Assembly: GCA_035695105.1 (NCBI GenBank) | Contig: DASSEV010000020.1 | Span: 73-64,072 of the forward strand | Length of the DNA stretch: 64,000 nucleotides | DNA from: Gaiellales bacterium | GTDB lineage: Bacteria > Actinomycetota > Thermoleophilia > Gaiellales > JAICJC01 | Direction: 5' to 3' | The notes under the pieces: generated by a model | Databases searched by the model: none | What the model was told of the DNA's origin: nothing | Seen by the model: only the letters and a program-made list of their open reading frames with translations | Shown: in pieces, positions 9,559-17,168 of the stretch | Numbering within the stretch: the first letter of the stretch is position 1 | Layout of the letters: each line of letters opens with the position of its first letter | Translations under genes and position numbers: made by a program

Positions 9559-10349
9559 TCGATCAGCCGCAGGGTCATCCGCCACACCGCGACGCGCCAG
9601 GTCAGCACCGCGAACCCGATCAGGAAGGCGAGGTGCCCGATGTCGGCCGGCATCTGGAAGCCGAACGCAGCGTGCCGCACGAGCTCGACGGTGTGGTGGA
9701 GCGGGTTCAGGTTCGCCAGCAGCTGGGCCCATTGCGGCAGCGCGGTGAGCGGGAAGAACGTGCCGGCGACGAGGAACAGCGGCGTGATGATGCCGCTCAT
9801 GACGTACGAGAAGTTGTCGATGGAGTCGAGCGTGGCGGCGACGGCGACGCCGAAGCCGGCCCACCCGATCCCGGAGATGAGTGCGATGAAGGGGACGGTG
9901 AGCATGCCCCACGCCGGGTCGAGCCCGAACACCATGGCGACGAGCAGCGGCACGCAGCCGTAGACGCCCGCGCGGATGCCGATCCACAGCACCTCTGCCG
10001 AGACCAGCTCCTCGGTGTCGACCGGTGCGGCCAGGATGGCGTCGTAGGTGCGCTGGAACCGGTACTTGACGAACGTGCCGAACATCGCCGGCATCGCGCT
10101 TGAGAACAGCACCGCCGTCGCGACGGTTCCGGTGCCCACATAGGCAACGTAGTCGTAGCCCTGCACGTGGGACACGAGCGAGCCGAAGCCGAAGCCGAAT
10201 GCGAGCAGGTAGATGGTCGGGTCGACCGTCGAGGAGAACGTGGCTGAGCGCCAGAAGGACGAGAAGTTGATGACCTCGCGCACGAGCACGCCGGCCATCG
10301 CCGGCCGCTCGAGCCGGCCGAGCCGCCGCTGCTGGGCAGCGGTGCTCAC
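9555..10349 (-). CDS. ABC-2 type transporter permease (NodJ/DrrB-like exporter)
   Basis: Track ORF 9555..11012 trimmed to GTG 10349, which overlaps the ATPase stop (GTGA). Six-TM-type hydrophobic profile typical of ABC-2 permeases. Confidence 0.8.
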   Translation of the reverse strand: MSTAAQQRRLGRLERPAMAGVLVREVINFSSFWRSATFSSTVDPTIYLLAFGFGFGSLVSHVQGYDYVAYVGTGTVATAVLFSSAMPAMFGTFVKYRFQRTYDAILAAPVDTEELVSAEVLWIGIRAGVYGCVPLLVAMVFGLDPAWGMLTVPFIALISGIGWAGFGVAVAATLDSIDNFSYVMSGIITPLFLVAGTFFPLTALPQWAQLLANLNPLHHTVELVRHAAFGFQMPADIGHLAFLIGFAVLTWRVAVWRMTLRLID

Positions 10350-11254
10350 TCGATGCGCTCCCCGGTGAGCAGGACGAACACGTCCTCGAGGTTGGCCGGG
10401 CGCGTGGTCGTCGATGCGTCGCCGGCGAGGAAGCCGTTGCGGCTCTCCCCGAGCACTGCCACGCTGGTGCCGGTGCGCCGGGTGCGCAGGCCCTGGGCCG
10501 CCGCGGCGGTCTCCACCTCGGCCAGCCGTGCCGGCGGGCCGTACACCTCGAGCGCCTCGCGGCCGGCGTGCTGGACGACCAGCTCCATCGGGCGCCCGGT
10601 GGCGATCGCACGGCCGTGCGACATGATGGTGACCGTGTCCGCCAGCCGCTCGGCTTCCTCGATGTAGTGGGTCGACATCAGGATCGAGACGCCCTCGCTC
10701 CGCAGGCCGTCGATCAGCGCCCACAGCTCCTGGCGCACCTGCGGGTCGAGGCCGACGGTCGGCTCGTCGAGCAGCACGAGGCGCGGCCGGTGAACGAGCG
10801 CGCGGGCGATCAGCAGCCTGCGGCGCATGCCGCCGGAGAGCTTGTCCACACGGGTGTCGCGCCGGTCCGCCAGGTTGGCGATGCCGAGCGCCCGGTCGAT
10901 CGCGCCCGCCCGCTCGCCCCGGCCCAGCCGGTACAGGTACGAGAAGACCAGCAGGTTCTGCTCGACGGTCAGCGTCGTGTCCAGGTTGTCCAGCTGGGGC
11001 ACCACTCCGCACTCGAGCCGCGCCTGCTTCGACTGCTCGGGGAGGCGGTGGCCGAGCACCTCGATATCGCCCTCGTCGGCGATCGCCTGCGCGGTCAGCA
11101 TCCGCATGGTGGTCGACTTGCCCGCGCCGTTTGGGCCGAGCAGTCCCACGCAGGTGCCGGCCGGCACGTCGAGGTCGAGGCCGGCGACGGCGGTGATGTC
11201 CCCGTATCGCTTGATCGCGCCGCGGATGCGCACGGCGAGGCCGGACGTCGTCAC
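10346..11254 (-). CDS. ABC transporter ATP-binding protein (NodI/DrrA-like)
   Basis: Walker A GPNGAGKST, signature LSGGMRRRL, Walker B LVLLDEPT. GTG 11254 is chosen as the start. A CTG at 11278 overlapping the upstream TGA is an alternative. Confidence 0.85.
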   Translation of the reverse strand: MTTSGLAVRIRGAIKRYGDITAVAGLDLDVPAGTCVGLLGPNGAGKSTTMRMLTAQAIADEGDIEVLGHRLPEQSKQARLECGVVPQLDNLDTTLTVEQNLLVFSYLYRLGRGERAGAIDRALGIANLADRRDTRVDKLSGGMRRRLLIARALVHRPRLVLLDEPTVGLDPQVRQELWALIDGLRSEGVSILMSTHYIEEAERLADTVTIMSHGRAIATGRPMELVVQHAGREALEVYGPPARLAEVETAAAAQGLRTRRTGTSVAVLGESRNGFLAGDASTTTRPANLEDVFVLLTGERIE

Positions 11255-11274
11255 CGCGTCAGGCTGACCTGCCG

Positions 11275-11886
11275 TCAGAACCCGTACCGCTCTTCCTTCC
11301 ACGGGTCGGCGTCGTTGTGGTAGCCGTAGCCCTCCCAGAAGCCCGGCTTGTCGACGTCGCTGAACTCGAGCCCGCGCAGCCACTTCGCGCTCTTCCAGAA
11401 GTAGCGGCTCGGCACCAGCAGCCGCAGCGGGTAGCCGTGCTCGGGCGTCAGCGGCCGGCCCTCCGCCTCGTAGGCGAGCATCGCGTCGTCCGCCATCACC
11501 GCCTCGATCGGCAAGTTGGCGGTGAATCCCTGCTCCGCGTGGGCGATCACGAATCGCGCGCTCTCGAGCGGCTGAACCTGCTTGAGCACGGTTCTCATGG
11601 GGACGCCCTTCCACGGCATGTCCAGCTTCGTCCACCGCGTCACGCAGTGGATGTCGCTCGTCTGCTCCTGCGAGCCGAGCGCGAGCAGGTCGTCGAACGA
11701 GAGGCGGATGGGGTTCCGGACGAGCCCGAACGCGCGAAAGTCCCAGGCGCCGAGGTCGACGCGCGGGACGGAGCCCGCGTGCAGCACCGGCCACTTGTCG
11801 GTGTAGTACTGGCCCGGCGGGATCCTCGATTCGTCGACGCCCGCCTGCTTTGCCTTGCGATCCTGGCTTGAACGGAAGAGCGACAC
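11275..11886 (-). CDS. Small molybdopterin-dependent oxidoreductase (sulfite-oxidase / YedY(MsrP)-fold)
   Basis: 203 aa with GTG start. Motifs DIHCVTRWTKLDMPWKGV and GYPLRLLVPSRYFWKSAKWLRGLEF are typical of the Oxidored_molyb domain. Confidence 0.8.
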   Translation of the reverse strand: MSLFRSSQDRKAKQAGVDESRIPPGQYYTDKWPVLHAGSVPRVDLGAWDFRAFGLVRNPIRLSFDDLLALGSQEQTSDIHCVTRWTKLDMPWKGVPMRTVLKQVQPLESARFVIAHAEQGFTANLPIEAVMADDAMLAYEAEGRPLTPEHGYPLRLLVPSRYFWKSAKWLRGLEFSDVDKPGFWEGYGYHNDADPWKEERYGF

Positions 11887-11939
11887 GGGCGCATCGTAGA
11901 CGGTTCGTTTCGCAGCGAATCGTCGCCTACGCTTCGCGC

Positions 11940-12713
11940 ATGGCGACGCTGCTCGACCGCACCTGCATCACGGCCGAAGGGCCGGACGCCACGGCGCTGC
12001 TCCAGAGCCTGCTCTCGAACGACGTCGATGCCGCCGGGCCGGGCGGTGCGGTCTACGCCCTGCTGCTCACGCCCAAGGCGCGCGTCATCTCCGACCTCGA
12101 GCTCTACAACGCCGGCGACGCCTACGTGCTGGCCTGCCCGCCCGCCCGCGCGGAGCTCGTCCAGCAGGCGATCCTGCGGGCGCGGTTCCGGAAGAAGGTC
12201 GAGCTCGCCGCGTCACCGCACGTGGTGGTGTGGGGCGACGCCGGCGGCGCGCTGGCGACGCTCGATACGCCGGCGGGCCCGCTGCGGCTGCTCGCCCAGC
12301 CGCCCGCCGACCTCGATCCGCCCGACGCCTGGGAGGTGGCGCGCATCGAGGCCGGCATCCCCGTGTTCGGCCGGGAGTTCGACGAGGAGTCGATGCCCGC
12401 CGAGGCGGGTCTGGTCGACCGGGCGGTGAGCTTCACCAAGGGCTGCTATCCCGGACAGGAGCCCGTCGCCCGGCTGCACTACCGCGGCCATGCCAACCGG
12501 GGCCTGCGCGGGCTCGAGCTCTCGGCTCCTCTGTCCCAGCCCGCCGCCGTCGTGACGGGAGACCGGGAGGTGGGCAGGGCCAGTTCCCCGATCGTGTCGC
12601 CCCGGTTCGGCCCGATCTCCCTGGCTGTCCTACGCCGTGAGATCGAGGACGGCGCCGAGGTGGACGTGGCCGGGGTGCGTGCGGTGGTGCGCCCGCTGCC
12701 GTTTGCCGCTTGA
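11940..12713 (+). CDS. ygfZ: Folate-binding YgfZ/GcvT-family protein
   Basis: Track ORF 11850..12713 trimmed to ATG 11940. Contains the FTKGCYPGQE motif characteristic of YgfZ/CAF17 proteins. Confidence 0.8.
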   Translation: MATLLDRTCITAEGPDATALLQSLLSNDVDAAGPGGAVYALLLTPKARVISDLELYNAGDAYVLACPPARAELVQQAILRARFRKKVELAASPHVVVWGDAGGALATLDTPAGPLRLLAQPPADLDPPDAWEVARIEAGIPVFGREFDEESMPAEAGLVDRAVSFTKGCYPGQEPVARLHYRGHANRGLRGLELSAPLSQPAAVVTGDREVGRASSPIVSPRFGPISLAVLRREIEDGAEVDVAGVRAVVRPLPFAA

Positions 12714-12747
12714 GGGGGCGCCGCGCCGGGCGCTACGCTGGCGCCTC

Positions 12748-13809
12748 GTGGATGAGGCCACCACCCTCACCGACGCCGGGCTCCTGATCGGTCTCTGCCA
12801 GTACGACGAGGCAGAGCGCCTGCTCGAGGGCCTGGTCAGATGGGCCGAGGAGCGCGGCGACGACGGGCTTGCGAGCCACGCCCTCGAGGGCCTGGGGACG
12901 ATCGCCACCCGACAGGGGCGCGAGGCGCAGGCGCTCGAGCTGTTCGAGCGCGCGCTGGCCGCGGCCGGGGATCCGGATCCGGCAGAGCGCGAATCCCTCT
13001 ACTCCAACACTGCCCGGCTGCGCGCGTACGGCGGCGACCCGGGCGGGGCCGTGGCGCTGCTCGAGGAGGTGCTATCCCGGGTGGAGTCCCAGGCCGACCA
13101 TGACGTCGCCGTCTTCGCGCACTACGCGATCAGCCTCAGCTACGCCTACGCCGACTCGGGCGACTACGGGAAGGCCGGCACCGTGCTGGCCCGGGTGCTG
13201 CGTGACGGCGGGGAGGACCTCGATCTGCGGGTGCGCCAGCGTCTCTACTACGCGCTCACCCGCCTCAACATCAACACCGGGCGTACGGATCAGGCGGTGG
13301 AGTACGGCCGCAAGACGCTCGACCTGACGATCTCCGCCGGGCTCGAGGAGTTCGTCTTCGAGAGCTATCACCAGCTGGCCTACACGCTCCTTGACGCGGG
13401 CGACACGGAGGAGGCGGGCCGCTACCTCACCGAGGCGCGCGGCCACGCGCAGGGGCCGCTGGACGAGGGCTTTCTCGAGGTGGAGTGGGCCAGGTACGCG
13501 CTCCAGCTCGGCGACCTCGACGGTGCGATCGCGCACGCGGACGCGGCCATCGACCTGCTCGCCGACAGGGCTGTGCCCGGAGTGCTCGGGCGCGCGTACC
13601 TCGTCAAGGCCAGGGCTTACGAGGCGCTGGGAGAGCCGTCCCGTGCCGACGGGGCGTACCTGATGGCGATCGACGGGCTCGAGCAGCAGACCGGTTGGCC
13701 CACGGATCTGGCCAAGGCCTGCCGTCGCTACGGCAAGTTCCTGCGCAGCCAGGGGCGTCTCGACGCCGCCATGCGCATGCTCGAGCGCGCCGGAGACGCG
13801 GGGATCTAG
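12748..13809 (+). CDS. TPR-repeat protein
   Basis: Track ORF 12637..13809 trimmed to GTG 12748. Repeated ~34-aa Ala/Leu/Tyr/Gly helical units (for example YSNTARLRAYGGDPGGAVALLEEVL and GRAYLVKARAYEALGEPSRA). Confidence 0.6.
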   Translation: MDEATTLTDAGLLIGLCQYDEAERLLEGLVRWAEERGDDGLASHALEGLGTIATRQGREAQALELFERALAAAGDPDPAERESLYSNTARLRAYGGDPGGAVALLEEVLSRVESQADHDVAVFAHYAISLSYAYADSGDYGKAGTVLARVLRDGGEDLDLRVRQRLYYALTRLNINTGRTDQAVEYGRKTLDLTISAGLEEFVFESYHQLAYTLLDAGDTEEAGRYLTEARGHAQGPLDEGFLEVEWARYALQLGDLDGAIAHADAAIDLLADRAVPGVLGRAYLVKARAYEALGEPSRADGAYLMAIDGLEQQTGWPTDLAKACRRYGKFLRSQGRLDAAMRMLERAGDAGI

Positions 13810-14288
13810 CGGCGGGCGCCGGAGTCGGCGCCGGCGTACTCGTAGATCAGGCGGCCACCGTGGCTGAACCCCAGCTTCGTGTAGAAGTCGGGGATGCCGA
13901 GCTCCTGGTCGTCAGGCGTGACCCGCAGCTCGATCGACGCGATCCCCCGGCGCCTGCACTCGGCCACCGCCGCGCGGAGCAGCCTGCTTCCGAGCCCCTG
14001 ACCGCGCGCGGACGGCTGCACCCAGATCTCCTCGATCTCGGCGCTCGCGCCGCCGCCGGCCGAGATGCGGATCGTCGTGGTCGCCACGCCGCGGTCGTCC
14101 GCGAGCGTGAAGAAGCCGCGGCCCGGATCGTCCAGGATCGCCTCGACGTTCTGCCCGAGGTGCGGCACGACGCGCCCCTCGTGGCTGAAGAACGCCTTCA
14201 GGAGGCGCGTGACCAGTGCCGCGTCGGCCGTTGTCGCCATTCTCAACGGGATATCCGCCACAGATGTCACGCCGGCCGGCTTGTCCAT
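13806..14288 (-). CDS. GNAT family N-acetyltransferase
   Basis: Acetyl-CoA motif A (WVQPSARGQGLGSRLLRAA). The ATG at 14288 directly abuts the stop of the upstream M20 gene (14289-14291). Confidence 0.8.
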   Translation of the reverse strand: MDKPAGVTSVADIPLRMATTADAALVTRLLKAFFSHEGRVVPHLGQNVEAILDDPGRGFFTLADDRGVATTTIRISAGGGASAEIEEIWVQPSARGQGLGSRLLRAAVAECRRRGIASIELRVTPDDQELGIPDFYTKLGFSHGGRLIYEYAGADSGARR

Positions 14289-15593
14289 TCAGCCATCGAC
14301 CCCACAGTAGCGGATCGCCGCGATCGCAAGCCCCTGTGCGCAGCGGACGAGGTCGTCGACGGGGACGTACTCGTCGATCGTGTGCGCCCAGGCAATGCTG
14401 CTCGGGCCCCAGCCGATGCAGGGCGTGGAGCCGAAGCGGCTGAAGCTGGCAGCGTCGAACCAGGAATCGAGCCCGGAGAGCCGTGACGGCCGGCCGACCG
14501 CGGCGCTCGCATCGAGCATGGCGGCCACGATCGGGTGCTCCGGATCCACCTCGTAGGGCGGGATGTCGAGCCCCCAGGTGATGCGCGGCGGATGCTCCAC
14601 CAGCCACGGGTCGGTCGCGGCGGCCCGCATGATCCAGTCGGTCACCTCGCGCTCCACCTCGGTGCCCCACCCGTCGGCGTCCGCGTTCGCCGGCAGGTAC
14701 ATCAGCTCGTTCTCCAGGGTGCAGCTGGACGGGTAGGTGACCACCCACTCGCCGCCCGAGATCTTCGCCGGGACGATGTCGCTGGCGGAGAGGTACGGGT
14801 GCACCTTGTCCGGCCGGTTGCGCCATTCCTCGCGGAGCCGGCGGATGGCGTCCAGGATCACACCCATCTTCTCGATCGCGTTGACGGCGCCGCCGTCCCG
14901 CCAGTGCGGCTGGGCCATCTCGGCGTGGCCGGGGCGGCCCTCGACGACGACCGTCGGGGAGAGCGAGCCGCGGCAGCCGACCCAGACGTCAAAGGCGGTC
15001 GGCTCCGTCACGATCCCTGCATCGGCGCGGATGCCATGGCTGACGGCCGCGAGGCCGCCGGCCCCGGACGACTCCTCGTCGGTGACGGTGTTGACGATCA
15101 GATCGCCCTTCAGGCGGACGCCGGACTCGGCCAGCACGATCGCGGCGAAGGCCATCGCGGCGACGCCGCCCTTCATGTCGCAGGCGCCCCGTCCGTACAG
15201 CTTCCCGTCGCGCACCTCCGGCGAGTTCGGATCGCTCGTCCAGCGATCGCGCGGCTCGCCGGGAACCACGTCGATGTGGCCGTTGAAGAGCAGGCTGCGG
15301 CCCCCGCCGGAGCCCCCGAAGCGCGCCGCCATCTGCGGGCGGCCCTCGAAGCCGATCGGCTCGGGGATCTGGCGGGTGCCGGAGATCTCGTCGGGCGCGG
15401 GCTCCCAGACGTCGACGTCCGCTCCGGCGTTGCCGAGCGCGTCTGCGAGGTGGCGCTGCAGCGCCGCCTCGTCCCTCGCCGGCTCGTCCCCCGCGCGCGC
15501 CGTCGTGTCGAAGGCGATCAGCCGGGAGGTGAGCTCGACGAGACGATCCGTGCCCGCCTCGATCGCGGCGGCGACATCCTGCTCCAGCGTCAC
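14289..15593 (-). CDS. ArgE/DapE/ACY1-type M20 peptidase (acetylornithine deacetylase-like)
   Basis: Track ORF 14289..16838 trimmed to GTG 15593. Motifs FNGHIDVVP, GRGACDMKGG and VTDEESSGAGG. Confidence 0.8.
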   Translation of the reverse strand: MTLEQDVAAAIEAGTDRLVELTSRLIAFDTTARAGDEPARDEAALQRHLADALGNAGADVDVWEPAPDEISGTRQIPEPIGFEGRPQMAARFGGSGGGRSLLFNGHIDVVPGEPRDRWTSDPNSPEVRDGKLYGRGACDMKGGVAAMAFAAIVLAESGVRLKGDLIVNTVTDEESSGAGGLAAVSHGIRADAGIVTEPTAFDVWVGCRGSLSPTVVVEGRPGHAEMAQPHWRDGGAVNAIEKMGVILDAIRRLREEWRNRPDKVHPYLSASDIVPAKISGGEWVVTYPSSCTLENELMYLPANADADGWGTEVEREVTDWIMRAAATDPWLVEHPPRITWGLDIPPYEVDPEHPIVAAMLDASAAVGRPSRLSGLDSWFDAASFSRFGSTPCIGWGPSSIAWAHTIDEYVPVDDLVRCAQGLAIAAIRYCGVDG

Positions 15594-15614
15594 GGTGCGC
15601 GATGATACCGAGCC

Positions 15615-16820
15615 GTGGGGGAGGAAGAGGCACACGCCCGCCGCCGCGCCATGCGGCTTCACCGCGCAGAGCTCAGGCGGCGCCAGCTGCGCCGTCGGCG
15701 CGCGGTCGCCGCGGCCGTCGCGGCAGCGGTGCTCCTGGTCGCCGGGGTGGCGGCGGGGCACGTCCTCGGCGGCGGCGGCGCGTCTGCGCCGTCGACCACG
15801 GGGGTGACACACCGCGGCGGCAGCGGGACGTCGGCGCCCTCGGGCGGCGCGGCGCCACCACCCCAGACGCCCACGGGCACGGTGACGATCTCGGCCGTGG
15901 GCGACACGATGCTCGGGTATGCGAACACGCTCGCCCCGGACCCTGGCCACTACTTCGACGGCGTGCGGTCGCAGATCACGGGTGACATCCGGTTCGCCAA
16001 TCTCGAGGGCGCGCTGACCGACCGAACGGCCGGGAAGTGCGCCGTGCTGACCAGCTCCTGTTACGAGTTCCGCGTCCCACCGGGCTGGGCGCGGTACTTC
16101 AAGCGCGCGGGCTTCACGATCGTCAGCAACGCGAACAACCATGCCTTCGACTTCTGGCAGGGCGGGCTGGACGACACGGTGACCGCCCTCGACCGCGTCG
16201 GGCTGGCGCACACCGGCCGGACGCATGAGATCACGTACGTCAAGGTGCGGGGCATCACGGTCGCGTTCATCGGCGTCGCCAGCTACTCGAACACCGGGCC
16301 GCTGAACGACTACCCGGCCGCGGCGCGCCTGATCCACCGCGCCGCACGCCACGCGAACATCGTCGTCGTCGCCATGCACGCCGGCGCGGAGGGCACCGCG
16401 GCGCTGCATCTGACGGGGCAGGACGAGATCTACGGCGGCGAGAACCGCGGCAACCCCGAGGCCTTTGCCCACATGGCGATCGACAACGGCGCCGACCTGA
16501 TCCTCGGCTACAGCCCGCACGTGCTCCGGGCGATGGAGGTCTACCGGCACCGGCTGATCGCCTACAGCCTGGGCAACTTCGCCGGGTATCACAACTTCAC
16601 GATCGAGGGCGACCTGGGCGTGTCGGGCATCCTGCACGTCAGGCTGGCCGCGAACGGGCGCTTCGTGTCGGGGCGCTTCGTCTCCACCGCGCTGGTCGGT
16701 CCGGGCACGCCCGAGCTCGATCCGGACGGTCGCGGGGCGGCGCTGATCGAGCAGCTCTCGCGTGAGGATCTCGGTTCCCGCGGCGCGCATGTCAGCCCTT
16801 CCGGCCTGATCTCGCCCTAG
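15615..16820 (+). CDS. CapA family (PGA_cap) metallophosphoesterase-like protein, membrane anchored
   Basis: Arg-rich N-terminus followed by a TM (AVAAAVAAAVLLVAGVAAG). Motifs ISAVGDTMLG, NLEGALT, SNANNHAFD, VAMHAGAEG and SLGNF. An alternative ATG lies at 15651. Confidence 0.8.
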   Translation: MGEEEAHARRRAMRLHRAELRRRQLRRRRAVAAAVAAAVLLVAGVAAGHVLGGGGASAPSTTGVTHRGGSGTSAPSGGAAPPPQTPTGTVTISAVGDTMLGYANTLAPDPGHYFDGVRSQITGDIRFANLEGALTDRTAGKCAVLTSSCYEFRVPPGWARYFKRAGFTIVSNANNHAFDFWQGGLDDTVTALDRVGLAHTGRTHEITYVKVRGITVAFIGVASYSNTGPLNDYPAAARLIHRAARHANIVVVAMHAGAEGTAALHLTGQDEIYGGENRGNPEAFAHMAIDNGADLILGYSPHVLRAMEVYRHRLIAYSLGNFAGYHNFTIEGDLGVSGILHVRLAANGRFVSGRFVSTALVGPGTPELDPDGRGAALIEQLSREDLGSRGAHVSPSGLISP

Positions 16821-17002
16821 ATCCCCCGTTCGGGGCATTCGCCGTCCCCGAGGTGTGGCCTATCACGTGTGGAGACGCGAAGGAGGCTCCACGCGGCTCT
16901 CCGGACTTCGCTCCCCAGGTACACCGCAATTGTGCCGGTTGCGAGGAATCCCTCCCCAGCGAAACGCCTGAGTGGTTGTCACCCGAAGGGAGGTGCAAGC
17001 AG

Positions 17003-17101
17003 ATGATCAAGTGGAACTACCGCGCAACGCGGATCGCTCTCGCCCTTGGTGCCATCGCCGCGTTCGCCATCGCGAGCGGCGCGAACACGAAGTGGGCGTA
17101 G
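17003..17101 (+). CDS. Small (32 aa) single-TM protein, unannotated family
   Basis: GGGAGG Shine-Dalgarno 9 nt upstream of ATG 17003. Peptide MIKWNYRATRIALALGAIAAFAIASGANTKWA, with mostly G/C at third codon positions. It is the 3' part of track ORF 16853..17101. Confidence 0.45.
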   Translation: MIKWNYRATRIALALGAIAAFAIASGANTKWA

Positions 17102-17168
17102 CCCACTGACTCCCCCGGGCCTCGGCGCTCAAGTGCCGCGGGGATGCTGACCGATAAGGCTTGAAGCC

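Noticed and set aside
8467-11012. Long N-terminal extensions given by the ORF track for several genes (for example 8467..10611, 9555..11012, 10346..11794, 14289..16838, 41293..43437, 61624..63813).
   Set aside because: The extensions run through the upstream gene in another frame and are Arg/Pro/Gly-rich. In each case an in-frame GTG/TTG/ATG overlapping the upstream stop (GTGA/TTGA/ATGA), or one preceded by an RBS, gives a protein of normal length for its family.
16861-17000. Possible c-di-AMP (ydaO) or c-di-GMP (GEMM) riboswitch upstream of the small ORF and the GGDEF gene. Local strings GACGCGAAGGAGGCUCC, GAGGAAUCCCUCCCCA and CACCCGAAGGG loosely recall conserved segments.
   Set aside because: The hallmark blocks I remember (for example CAGCUAACCUCGUAAGCG of ydaO, and GCAAACC...GACGCAAAGCC of GEMM-I) are absent. 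The resemblance is a few short G-rich strings only. I keep it as an unassigned leader; a cmscan run would be decisive.
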